A DNA stretch of 63,247 bases, filler included, from Octopus bimaculoides (Eukaryota), in the NCBI RefSeq assembly GCF_001194135.2. It is 4 parts of 4 records of this genome, joined end to end, with 100 filler letters (N's around TTAATTAATTAA, not from the genome) between each part and the next. Parts side by side here need not be neighbours in the genome. Positions count along the whole stretch, not along the records: positions 1 to 30,573 come from NC_069001.1; 3 more parts are not named here. One strand, 5' to 3'. The stretch's first letter is position 1. Each line of letters starts with the position of its first letter. Positions 12,421 to 25,024 of this stretch are shown one piece after another. A program made the position numbers and the translations under genes. Below the pieces are notes generated by a model. That model worked only from the letters and a program-made list of their open reading frames with translations. It did not search any database and was not told the origin of the DNA.

Positions 12421-12731
12421 ATATATATATATTTGTGTGTGTGTGGGCATGTGATATGAGTCCATAAACACTTATAAAACATCCAAGAGTATATTTTTTC
12501 CCTCTGAAGATATTATGCTCAGGTCAAATAAATTTAATATTTACTGAGTATTAATTGCTGTAAATAATAAACAATTATTAACTTCCCAATCTCTATTTTC
12601 TTTTTCTTCTCTTTTATATATCTATGTATGTATATATGTACATCATTTTTCCATCTTAAACTGAGCATCAGTCTAATACATTCACTGTGTATGTCCTTTT
12701 GTTGTTTTTGTTTTTACTTTCAATTTGCCTA

Positions 12732-12958
12732 TATGAGTGGGTGCTGAAAAGTTTCTGGCTTTGGATAGAAGAAAATACAAGGAATCAGTTCATTATGATT
12801 TTACTCAATGTAGCTCCCCGCTCCTCAGATTCAGATACTTATTGCAGTGATCCTTCAGTTTTTCTAAGCCATGTAAAAAAAAACTCGGAATGTTGGGCCC
12901 CCAACCAGGCCTTTTGTAATACCCTTAAAGCCAGGAATTTTTCAGCATCCCCTCGTAT
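12732..12958. mobile_element. Complete mariner-derived MITE with about 30 bp TIRs
   Basis: tatgagtgggtgctgaaaagtttctggcttt ... aaagccaggaatttttcagcatcccctcgta. Confidence 0.85.
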
Positions 12959-14286
12959 ATATACTGTGATTGCTTTGGGTAGCACTGATCATGCCCTTTG
13001 ATATCAATACCAAGTATATGTGTGTATGTATTCTTTTAATTTTGTTTGTTGCTGTTCTCAGCATCATTATTATTGTTGTTGATGTTGTTCTTGCTCACTA
13101 TTATTTCTCTCATCTTTCTAGGAAATTTTATGACCAGTTTCATTGATAAATGTTTTAGGTTTTTAAATTATTTTTCCTTTGTTCTTGTTTTGAAAATTAG
13201 AGTAGTAAATCTATAACTATAGTATAGCTGAGTTTGTGAATGTGTGTGTGTGTTACATCTATAGAAATCCACATATTCCACTTTTTCGTAAAATTTTTTA
13301 CATCAATGGAATTTTCTCGATGTGAACTTTCCAGTGCAGTAATTAGATTTTTTAAAATTCCGTTTACTTTGTGTGATTTAAAGGAGATTTGGCTGTTGTT
13401 TCCAGCAACTTTTATATTTCTTCCCTTCTACCTGGAACGGCATTCTTACACACGCGCTCAACATATAATATAGAGAGTAAGAGTAAAAGTGGGAGAGAGA
13501 GAGAGAGAAAGTGATACATACAAAGTCATAGATTAAACTTTCCTCTCAGTATTCTTTACCTATTTTTCATAACATTGTTACGTAAAAACACACACAACCA
13601 CACATACGTGATCTGTGACAACAACATACACATTGCTCTCGTTCTCTATTCATTTCTCCCCCTCTTCCTCTCTTGCTCTCTCAAACGCATACACGTGCAA
13701 GTAAACACAATCATTCACAAAAATATAACTCCTGTTCATCAATGTGGCATAACTACACAGTTGTACACTCCGACTTTGGAAGGGCATAACTTTAAGAAAA
13801 ATGAATATTTTTTAATGAAATTTTCTATGCATATAGTATTTATTATGTAGATTCCGAATATACAAAAATTTTCGGTGAAAGTGTTTTGGGAGGTGGGTGG
13901 TGGACAATTTTCGGAAATTCCACCGTGAAATATTCTACAAATATACCTTGATGTATGTAACATTTCGAGCATGTAGGAATTTTGAAGGAAACAGCTGCAG
14001 GTTATTTTCGAGAAGTGTTCCCCACTCGGTGGTGTTTCAGAGCAAGTCGTCCATATTTGTTTCATTTTTCTCTATTATGTGCATATGTGCATCCGTAGAT
14101 TTCTAATGAAGTAATTAATAGGCAGTGAAAAGAAGCCATCATAAGAAAACTTTTAACTACCTCTATTCCTTTCTCCCCTCTCTCTACCTCTTCCTCTCTC
14201 AAACGCATACACGTGCAAGTACACAATCATTCAGTAAAATATAACTCATGTTCGTCAATGTTTTGTTAATATACCACGATTTTCAC

Positions 14287-14412
14287 TAGGGTGTTGGGGT
14301 TAGGGTTAGGATTAGTGTTACGGTTACGGTTTTAGGGTCAAGGTTAGGGTTTTAGGGTTAGGTTTAGGGTTAGGGTTAGTGTTAGGATTAGGTTTAGGAT
14401 TAAGGTTGGGTA
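14287..14412 (+). repeat. Degenerate interstitial (TTAGGG)n-like tract
   Basis: About 20 variant units (ttaggg, ttagga, ttagtg, ttacgg, tttagg). Confidence 0.85.
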
Positions 14413-15441
14413 ATCGTGCGGGTGTTAATCTGAAAAATTACAGATATGTGAAAAGTACCGACCCTGCCATCTGTTATAACTTTTGTTGTTCTGTTTGATA
14501 TATACATAGATTATGCCTACAAAGAAGAGAGTTTGCTGGGGAAAGAAAGCAACCGGTTTAAAATGACAGCAACAGACTACAGCAATTCACCACATTCCAG
14601 AAGCTACTTTGAACATAATGCAAAATGGTGCATCAACATCTTCTGCCCAATCTGATAGAATTCTGGCAAAACTGTGTAGCAAAAGATCGCCAGCAATTGC
14701 CGTCTTAGCTCCTGCGAAAAGGGATTATCCTGCTATGTATAATCAGGGTATCGCAAAAAGTTGTTTTGCACAAGCATTTCTATAGCCAATTAGATGGATG
14801 AAATTTACGTACGCTCAATAATTTTACGCAAAACAGCCTTTAGACTTTCCCTATTAATTTCATCATCTTTTGAATTATGAACATATTTACATCATAAGGG
14901 TTTTTTTGTTGTAAGGCTTTCTTTTTTAGTTGATTTTCACTTAGCAAGACTTATCGTAGATGGAGTAATAAGTCACACCTGGACAAGGTCAGGTTATACT
15001 GCTAGTAAATTAGTAAAGACAAGGCATTTTTTAAAGAAGTCTCTAAGTCTGAGTGCACCATTCTTCAAGGGGTCCACATTGGAAACTACTGGTCTAAAGC
15101 ACAATTTTTTCATGAGCCCTGAAAAATTACTGTGGTTCCCCAGTTTACTAGATTGCATCCATAAACCCCCAAATTCTTATATGGATCCCAGTTGAGAAGC
15201 TCTGTTTTAGAACTATGTGGGCATTGTCTGTTTTTCTTCCACTAGAGTGTCAGGTTGACCAATACTTTGTGAGTGAAATTTGAAAGGTGGAAACTTTAAG
15301 AAACTGTGGTGCATGTATGTATTTTCCCTGTCCTGACATGTGGACACTAACCAAAATTACCATCATACAAATGTCATCTTTTTACAATCTTCTGCAAAAG
15401 CAAACCAAATTATTGAGCAGTTTGTTGCAGTATGTAGATAT

Positions 15442-16400
15442 AAGGGTTGGCTGAAAAGTCCATGGGCTGACCAAGTCACTCCCAAGGAATGTGACCAAAT
15501 GAGGTTTATTTTTCAGTATAGTCTCCGTTGCAGTCCACACACTTCTTCCATTGGTGTTGCAGTGCTCGGATCCCATTGGTGAACAAACTTTTATCCTGTT
15601 GGTCACAAAAATCAACAACAGACATGATGTCATCATTACTGCAATGCTGGTTCTCAGTCGAGTGGTTTTTCATGTTGGGGATGATAGTCAAATGGGGCCA
15701 AATAAGGACAATAAGGAGGGTGATCAATCAGTTCAAAACCACAGTCATGCACAACATCCATTGAAACCAAAGAGTTGTGTGCTGGAGCATTGTCCTGATG
15801 AATCAAGACCCCTTTCATCAGTTTTCCTGGGCATTTGATCTTGATAGCTCTTCATAACTACTTCAGCAAGTTGGCATAGTACTCTCCATTGATGGTGTGG
15901 CCCTTCTGAAGATAGTCAATAAACAATGCTTTTTGTATTCCAAAAAGCTGAGGTCATTACCTTCCCTGCAGATGAAACAACTTTGGCCTTCTTTGGAATA
16001 GGTGAAGAGGAGTGCTTCCACTATATGAATTTTCTTTTCGTCTCTGACTCAAATTGGTAAATCTGACACTCATCATGAGTTTGGAAACATTAAAGGAAAC
16101 TAGCTGGATCTGCCTCAAACAATATCAGGTTTTCCTGTGATGTGATCAGCCTGGTACACTTTTGATCAGATGTTTGAAGACAAGACACCCACTGAGCAGA
16201 AACCTTCATCATACCAAGTTCATTGTACTGAATATTCTTTATTCTCTCATGGGATATGCTAACAGCATAGACTATTTGATTTATAATCAATCACCTGTCA
16301 TCTTTCACCTTGTGGGGAACACAATGTTTTCCTCAGTGGTGGCATTTGCAGGATGTCCAGATTTTGAGTCACCTTTAAGACTCTCCCTTCCTCTCCTAAA
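15442..16400 (-). mobile_element. Decayed mariner transposon
   Basis: End is tataagggttggctgaaaagt. Minus frames give GIRALQHQWKKCVDCNGDYTEK and KVSAQWV..LTSDQKCTR remnants. Confidence 0.8.
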
Positions 16401-16970
16401 TTCAGCTGCCACTGTGTATGAGCTGGACATGAATGTACAAGTGGTTCAAACATTTCCAAAACAGCTGACAAAATGTCAAGAGTGACGCATGTTCTGGAAA
16501 ACTTGCAACCAGCAGAACTAATGCAAACATCTCAGATGTAAGTGCAGCTGTTGGAAAGACTGTTGATTCACTGTGCATGAATTGGAGGATGTGCACATTA
16601 GTTAGTTCATTTCAGTTTATTCTCACTGAAGATTTGGGTATGAGACATGCCAAGTTTGTACCAAAATTGCTTTCAGTTGCAGTAGTTTTTAACTAAGCAC
16701 AACTTTTTCCTTTTTCCAAAAATTAAATCCCACTTGAAAGGAACAAGATTTCAAGATGTCAAGGAAATCCAAGAGAATGCAACAAGTTAGCCGCTCACTA
16801 TTCCCCCAAAAAGGAGTTCCAGGAATGCTTCCATCAATGGAAACAACACTGCATCAAGTGTGTGGTTTCAAAAGGGGACTACTTCAAGGGAAATTACATG
16901 CCAAATTGATATGTATTGTAGTTTTCTTTTTATAGTACCAGTTCTGATACATTTTGATCAGACCCTGTAC
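16400..16970 (+). mobile_element. Internally deleted mariner remnant in the opposite orientation
   Basis: Remnants of FLFPKIKSHLKGTRF and FHQWK..CIKCVVSKGDYF. End is ttttgatcagaccctgta. Confidence 0.7.
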
Positions 16971-17118
16971 AATTTGAGTCTAAATAACACCAATGTCAAC
17001 TTTGCCTTTCATCCTTCTAAGGTCAATGAAATGAAATATTAGTCAAATATGAAGTTATAGATAGGTGACTGCCATCTGTGGTATATATTGTTTCTAATTG
17101 TATCCTTCTGTCTTTTAG

Positions 17119-17194
17119 TCATATCCTTTATACTCAATTGAAATCTCAACTCCCGGAAAAGTTTTCTACTTCACAAGAAAAATTCATTAAAGTA
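17119..17194 (+). CDS. EF-hand gene exon C (HILYTQLKSQLPEKFSTSQEKFIKV)
   Basis: Acceptor ccttctgtcttttag and donor gta|gtaagt. Phase 2 in, phase 0 out. Completes the loop DTDKDG+HILYTQL. Confidence 0.85.
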
Positions 17195-17968
17195 GTAAGT
17201 TGTTACACTTTTGCTTTGTTTTAATTATTCATTTCACTAGATCATTGTTGAAAAGTTGTCTGAAATAAACCTTTTTTTAATTTTATTTTATTATTATAAT
17301 AATTCAATATGAAGAAGGGCAATGATTGAAATCTTGCTGTAATCATTTCTTGCTCAGTGTTGTTTTCTTTTTGAACTAATCTGGACCTGGGCAGATGAGG
17401 ACAATAGCCAAGTTCTTATTTGTGTGTTAGTGACAACTTGGTATGGTTTTGTGGTTAATGGCAAGTGGCTGGGTGGTAAAAAGCAGGTAAAGGTAGGGGG
17501 AATTGGAAAGGGTACATGTATACTGACTGGTGATGGACCTGTTATCATAAATGATTAGGTTAATGAAAGCAGATTATATTTTTCAAGAGATGTCATTTTT
17601 ACTGAACTCTTTTCATCACAGTGGAACCCATCTAACACTTACCCTCCTAAAAATAGCAGCCAAATTCCCTTCAACTCACACCCAACTATCTTAAGAATAC
17701 TTTGGACAATATTGTCTCTGATATACACATATACACAAAATGATGGGATGGAATGGTCAAAGCTGGAATGTTTTTGATCATAATTCTTCTGCTCAATGAT
17801 GGCTAACCAAGGGCTAAACAACAATATCAAATGTTTAGGTTTCAGATCTTCCCATGGGTTATAGAAGAGAAGATAGTAGAATTATTATCCAAGACATGTC
17901 ATGAATTACTCCTTGCCTATTTCCCTTCACATTTTGTGAAGAATCACTCAGTTATTTCTATTGTAAAG

Positions 17969-18057
17969 GTTTATGATATAACTTCCCAGAATACATTCTT
18001 TGGTCTGATGGAATTTATTGCCATGATACAGCTCACAAAAGCAATAGAAGAATTAAG
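17969..18057 (+). CDS. EF-hand gene exon D (VYDITSQNTFFGLMEFIAMIQLTKAIEEL)
   Basis: Acceptor tatttctattgtaaag, with an in-frame alternative AG at 17844-45. Donor ag|gttagt (phase 2) matches the exon at 23529. Confidence 0.75.
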
Positions 18058-18944
18058 GTTAGTGAACTGTTTCACTTCAATTTTGTGACTTTTCAGTAAT
18101 ATATTTATTATATTTTCAGCTTAAGACAACAGAAAAGCAGAAGGGGTAGAAGTACTGGTTTAGATACTTTACACCCCACCAGAGATTAATAAAATAAGTA
18201 GTATGAGATTTTTATCTTAACACAAACCGATAATCCACAGACACACAGTAATGTATGTTTCCATTGTCTTTACCCACTGGTGTGGTTTCTTTATAAGTGA
18301 CTATTTTGCCCTTTAAGTGTTGGTTGTCCACACAATCTGCTCACCAAGAAACTGGTCACTGTATGGAGCAGTTTAATTACTGATCTTGAGACAGGTTCAA
18401 AATGTATTTGACAACAGAGTTTACAGTTAGAATACTTATGTGTGTCATAATAATAGTTGTTTTAATAACCATTTCATAGTAGTATCAATAGTATGTGTTA
18501 ACACACTGATAACAGGATCTACAGTTAGAATCTGTATTATTCTCCTTGTCACAACATATGGCATAAAATCAAAGACATAATCAAACTCGAAACAAGTTCA
18601 AGTGTTAACTTTTAACAAACTTAGTTATAGAATAACTGAAGATATCAAAATCTTTAACATAATGAAACAATGTTTTGAAAATGCATAAATTTAAAATTCA
18701 AAATAGAAATAACAACATTCATAAAACCTGAAGAGTTTCCATGGATCAACTAGTAATTATATTTTATTAGCAGTGACCTTCTCTACACAGTAGTACTTAC
18801 TATGAACCACTGAATAATATGAATGGATTAATATATAAATGTATTTTGTAAATTTGAATTTTTTTGGGTTTTTTTTTTTTAAATAGTTACAATATAAAAT
18901 TTATTTCTCTAATCTCACAATGATAGGCATTTGTGTAGCTGAAA

Positions 18945-19890
18945 TATTGGGTTGAGTCATAAATAATTTCCAATTTTGTAAAGGTTTTTATTAAACACTT
19001 TTACTATGAAAAACTTTTACAAAGAATTATTTTCAATTATCAGTATAATTGCAATTATTTTGAATGATCTCTTACCATTTATCAGTTAGCTTTTTGATGC
19101 CTCTCAAGTAAAATTCAGTTGGCTTTGACATGAAGAAGCTATCCACATATATTTTCACCTGATCTTTTTGAGAAAATTTTTTTCCCCATCAGAGCACTTT
19201 GTAGAAAGCAAAAAAGATAAAAATCAGTTGGTGCAAGGTCTGATGAATATGGTGGATGGGATAGAATAGACCAGCCCAAATCCAATATCTTATCTTGTGC
19301 AATTGTTGCTAAATGTGGTCTTACATTGGAGAAGCACACCATCTCTCCTGTTGACAAGTTCAGAGTGTTTTTTTCATGCACACTTTGCAGTTGTTGAGAG
19401 TATAAGTCAGCATTTAGTGTTTGATTGCAGTTTAAAAACTCAAAATGAATAATACTGTGGTGATCTCACCATACGCACAACATAATCTTCCTCCCATGAA
19501 GTTCATCCTTTGAGATAGGTTGTGGAGATCTATCCTTGTCAATCCACTGCCATTTGCATTGAACATTGTCTTAAAAGACCCATTTTTCATCACCTGTAAT
19601 TATATTATTGAGAAATAATAAAAGAACACTTGTCACTATGGACATGCGATCTTCCCTATTCTTCTTACTGAAAGTATGGATGAACCCAAACACCCAGCTT
19701 CCAGACTTTTCCAAGTGGCAGCAAATGGTGGATTGCTAATTCCCGAGTACGTTTACAAGGACTGAATTCCACTAATTCTTTTAAAGCATTTTGATCGAAT
19801 GCTGATGAAAGTCCTGGTCTGAGTTGATTTCTCAATGACAAGACTCAGGAATGAAACTTTGAAAACCAGTTTCACACCTGGTCATAAACG
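18945..19890 (-). mobile_element. Decayed mariner transposon
   Basis: ORF 19139..19381 contains RPHLA...LGWSILSHPPYSSDLAPTDFYLF, the mariner YSPDLAP motif. Confidence 0.9.
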
Positions 19891-20071
19891 GTGCATATTT
19901 TTTTAGTTGTTTCTGTGGCACTTTTTCCATTCATAAAATCCCACAACACCACATGTCGAATATGCACTTTCATACTGTCGGGTTCCAGGCCAAAGCTGGA
20001 ATTCTTCAGGTGTAGAAAATCCAAGTTTCACGACAACCATACTGTCAAATGGGCTTGGAGAAGAGTAAATT

Positions 20072-22930
20072 ACATGAAAAAATGTGAACAAGAGAAATAA
20101 TATTCTTAAGTTTATAAACCTGGAAAAGTACAGGACAAGTTATTACATCTGGTAAAGTACAGAACAAGAAAAGTTTTACTTAAAATATTGCAGCTAAGGA
20201 TAACATTTCAAATAAAATATTTAGATTTAGAAAATAATAGCTTTTATTAAAACTAAAAATTTTATTACAAGTTATTACTTCTATTTGTTATTACTTGTTA
20301 CTTCTATTAAAAAAATTAAAATAACTCAATTAAAATATTTTTTGCACTTCAAAAAAAATTCAATTTTTTAATTATTAATTGATAATTCAAAATTTGAAAA
20401 TATGTTATAAAAAATAATAGTAGTGCATAATTAGTACAATAAATAGAATAATACAAAAATTAATTATATATTACAGTAAAATCTACCTATAACTGCAAAT
20501 TCACAGTAAAATTTGCTTGAGTTATTGCCATGTCTTCACATTTTTAGTCTTGTCTCATGCCTATTTTTTACATAATGAATTTGCCTACCATATATACTAT
20601 TCTATTTTGCATAAAACTTTAGCTATATTGGTACTTCTGGATCTTATTTTTTAAGTATTCTAGTGTGTCAATACTTTAACAAAATGATGGTACTTTTTTT
20701 AATTATAACGTTACTTTGTAAATTAAAATCAAATAATTTTAAATTTTCAAATTTTCTCCTTAGCTGCAATATTTTAAGCAAAAATTTTATTGTTCTGTAC
20801 TTTAACAGATATAACAACTTGTCCAGAACTTTTCCAGATTTATAAGCTTAAGAATATTATTTCTCTTGCTCACATTTTTCCATGTTATCCATATTTTTTC
20901 CAGGCTATGCTATTATGCTAATTAATAATGTGTCAATAATTTAAGATTTTACCTTATTGAAAATTAAAGTTGATAAACTTTCAAAGAGCAACAGCTACTG
21001 ATATTACCCATCCACACCAAATTAATAGCATCTTGTGATTGCACCATGGCTCACCAATCAGTTACAAACAACAAGATCCAAAAACCATCAGTTACCAGGC
21101 TCACCTTAAATAATCTAGATCTATCAATGATTGAATACAACAGTAATTATAAAAGCATATCTGATATACACAAGTGAAAATTACCTACATTCCCATAATA
21201 CAAAATCTGATATGTGAAAATCCCTTTAAATTAATTTCAATATTGAATAATAAGTTTAGAATATAATCACTTTATAACAATGCCTTTTCTGGACAGCCTT
21301 ACTACATGCCTTCAGGTCTGCCTATAGAGACACAGCCAAAAATGACTATATTTTTTCCCCAATGAAATTAGATGTGTATATCTGAAGCATATAACACATT
21401 AATGAACTAGCCTGATTAAATAATTAGCTAAAAAGAAAAAGGTAAGCAACTAAAAAGAAATTAGCAAAAAAAAAAAAAAAAGCAGAAAGCAAGTAAGGCT
21501 GAAAGAGAAAATTAATAATAAAAGTTAAACTTAAGTGCAATAGCATATTGAAAATAACTTTATTAATTAAGTATCAAAGTTAAAAAATAAGTTGTTGAAT
21601 TTTGACTAATGCCTTTAATGAACAGCCTTACAACATGACTTCAGTGCTGCCCATAGAGACACAGCCAGAAATGTCTATCAAGTGAATTTTGAATTTTAAA
21701 GAAAATAAAGATAAAATAAAGTTATTTTTTTATGCAAATTTATTTTCTTGCAGTTATTAATAAATTATATGCATTTTTATAAGCAAAAAATTATTGATTT
21801 CATAACAAAGAACAACAACTACAATATAATCATCATCTTGAATTTGCAACATGGCTCACCAAACAATGACAAACTGCAAGGTCCCAAAATTTTCAGTGAC
21901 CAGGCTCACCTTAAGTCACGTAGATCTTGAGTTAATGAAAATATAATTGTTGCTAATTGAAATGAAAAATAAACACTTGTGTTATGTAATAAATTTAATT
22001 TAATTAACAATGGTCAATGACATGTAATTTATTAAAGCATATAAATAACTTCATTGCTAATAAATTTAAAATTAAAATTAAAAGTTATATAAAATATAAT
22101 CACTTTAAATTGTGCCTTTTCTGAACACCCTAACTACATGATTCAGTACTGCTCATAGAGACATAGTCACAAGTGGCTATATTTTACTGAATAATTTAGG
22201 TTGTTTAAAACAAAAATTACTAAGCAGTTATTTATAAAAGCAAATAATCCCCCAAACCTTTCATTGGAAAACTGAAAAACTGGATTGTTAAACAAACTTG
22301 TTTACTTTATTTTAAATTTGGAGTATTAAGAATCCCAATGCGAAAGTAGATTAATTGTCAATGAAATTATGAATATGAAAGATTTATGAGTGTGTAAATT
22401 TTATTTTTTAATTGATATACAAAAACAAAAAAAAAATATGTAATTTAATGGGACCAAAACTATGAAATTCCTTGTGGTGTCATTGATGCCAGTGACATTA
22501 AAAGTCCCCTTATAGAACTATATTCATAAAAATTTATAGAACTCATAACGTTTTTCTTTTAGAACTTCATTGCATGAGACTGAGACCATGAAATTCCTTG
22601 AATTGAGCTCTATCATTTAAGCTAATTAAAATATAGTTTGTTTTTAAAATAAAAAAAGTTAATTATACTTAAATCCAATGTTATGCCTTATATTTTATTT
22701 CATATTTTACCTCACAACTTTTTTGATACAAATTTTTGTTGCATGGGACAAAAACTATAAAATTCCTCAAGCTTTCTTTCATCTTTTAAGCTAAGATAAA
22801 TATATTTTGCTTTTAAAATAAAAAAGTTATTTAGATCTAAACTTGATTGGAGGCGTTTCTTACTCTCCTATAACATTGCTACAAATTTTGATGCAAACTT
22901 TTTTCTACTGGACCAAATCTCAATTTTTTT
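20072..22930. repeat. AT-rich modular foldback-type dispersed repeat, copy 1
   Basis: About 150 bp inverted repeat (about 20072-20220 vs 20755-20900), followed by repeated modules. 20072-21560 is homologous to 58285-59570. Confidence 0.8.
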
Positions 22931-23528
22931 AATGCCAAAATGTTGCTAGGGACCAGCCCTCTTCAAAAATGTTAACAGTTTTCTATTTGGTTAAGAACTG
23001 AATTAGTGACAAAGTCTGAAAGATGCTGTGAGTAAATTGCAGCCTTAAGAATATTATTCAACTAATACTGTAGTTGAATGATAATCCACTGAAAAGAAGA
23101 AGACAAGTAAAATTCTTTAACAAATCTTTAATTATAAGTTGCAATTGTTTCTGTACCATCTCTATTTGCAATGCCAGTTTACGTGAACATTCTAAATGAA
23201 AAATCACATGATATTTGTGGTTTTAGACATTAGAGAGGTACTTCATCAGACTTGCATCAAAGGTGTGTGTTTACATTGTGAATGAATGTTTGTTCAGAGC
23301 TGTCTGAAAACTGTTGATGATGTTTGTAGCCTCTTTTTATGTCGCATAACTTAGAGGTTCAACAAACAAAGATTAGTAAAATATGTATTGGCATCAATAT
23401 TGTCAACTGTAAAGATTATTTATCTTGTCACCAACACACAAGTTTACACATTGCTAATGCATTACCTTGTTAAATACATCAATAATTCCAATAAGACCAT
23501 AATGTAAAATGTTTCAATTTAATTCCAG

Positions 23529-23598
23529 TGACTCAGCTATAGAAGCCTTCAACTTATTGAACTTTACCCACCTTCAGCAAGATCTTCTTGAATATTTC
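23529..23598 (+). CDS. EF-hand gene exon E (DSAIEAFNLLNFTHLQQDLLEYF)
   Basis: Acceptor tttaattccag and donor ttc|gtaagt. Phase 2 in, phase 0 out. Confidence 0.85.
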
Positions 23599-24050
23599 GT
23601 AAGTAACCTGTCTGCTGTTTTCATTACTTGCCCCTTATATAAAGTTTGGTAATAGCTAATAAGGGAACTTCTTACATGGTTGTTCAATGAGCTGAAAGTA
23701 ACAGTCAAACTCCCTTAAGTCACAGTCTACTCTCTTAACAAAGGAATATCACGTTGAATAATGTAGTCCTAGATGTTCAATGTTTGTAAATAAGCTGAGA
23801 TGATGACTATAATGAATCAATAAAGGCGACTGTGAAACAGCAGATAAATTCTCTTAAATCCTACCTTACTGTCTTTTAGAAAAGAAGGACACATCGGAAT
23901 GATCACATGGCTTGCAATTAAACGATAATAACATAGTTTCTACATAACGTCAGTAATTAGTGGCTTAAAATAAAAGATTAAAAAGCGGTGAACAAAAAGA
24001 AAACTATTAGAAAGAGACACATACCGAAGATTTTTTTCTTTCTTTTGCAG

Positions 24051-24191
24051 ATAAAATTCAAATCTGGAGATTCTGATTGTAAAGGATCCATTTCTCTAGA
24101 TTCCTTGAGTCAGTTAATTTCAGTAGAATTGGGGTCAGATCACCAGATGGAACCATTGATATGGAATCACATTGTAGAAAATATTTCTCTT
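24051..24191 (+). CDS. EF-hand gene exon F (IKFKSGDSDCKGSISLDSLSQLISVELGSDHQMEPLIWNHIVENISL)
   Basis: Strong acceptor tttttttctttcttttgcag and donor ctt|gtgagt. Contains the EF-like loop DSDCKGSISLDS. Confidence 0.9.
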
Positions 24192-25024
24192 GTGAGTAAT
24201 TTTACTCCTCCTTACTTCTAACTTTTGTGTATCGCTAGCACATTTCACGGTCTCCCACATTACAGGCTCTAAGTATTTCTTATATGTTAGGATTCTGACT
24301 ACAAGATAAGTTCAAGTCCAATCGATAATTATATCTGGAAGAAAATAATTCAAATCTACCATAGTTTAGTTTAATTCTTTTTGTTTTTTTAGACAGAACA
24401 TTTTATTCTACATTGCATTTATCTCATATTCATAGAGAAATTTATCTTCTATCTACTTTTCACTTTGAAAGGATGTTGTGATATTTATAACTTTCTCTAG
24501 AAGATTAGCAGAATAGATGAAGTGAAACTGTTAAATCAGGGATTTGAAGATGGCAACTGAATAGTTGACTTGTCAAGAGCTCATCCATTGTGCTTCAGTG
24601 ATGTATCATAAACAACACTCTTGAGCTGACTCTTTTCAGTCACTTCATTAAATTGCTGTATATTTGTAGTCTTTTACCATCTCAACTCTGAGGAGACTAA
24701 AAGGCAAAATATATCTGTATGGGATTTGAACACAAAATTGCAAGATACCGAGCATACAGTGTAAAGTTTGTTGGTGTTGTTGTTGTTGAAGCACAGATCT
24801 ACCCTGATCGAACAGATTTGTTCTCAAAGGTTTTCCAGCTATGACCATAATTTCATATACCAGGGACTACACAAAGCAATGTGTCCTTCCTTTTATGTTA
24901 CTATTTCTAGCAGGGTGAGTAACTACTTAGAGGTTCCCTCACTGTTCATGTTTGTTAAATATATATGGAATTGCTAACATTTCAATACTGCCGAAAGAAT
25001 ATTTATATTTCTCTTATTCTCCAG

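Noticed and set aside
17395-17540. Exon DEDNSQVLICVLVTTWYGFVVNGKWLGGKKQ
   Set aside because: There is no pyrimidine tract and it is not needed for phase continuity. It is more likely a decayed retroelement fragment.
24501-24560. Alternative terminal exon KISRIDEVKLLNQGFEDGN*
   Set aside because: It has an acceptor and the right phase, but 25025 has a stronger acceptor and completes the fourth EF-like unit.
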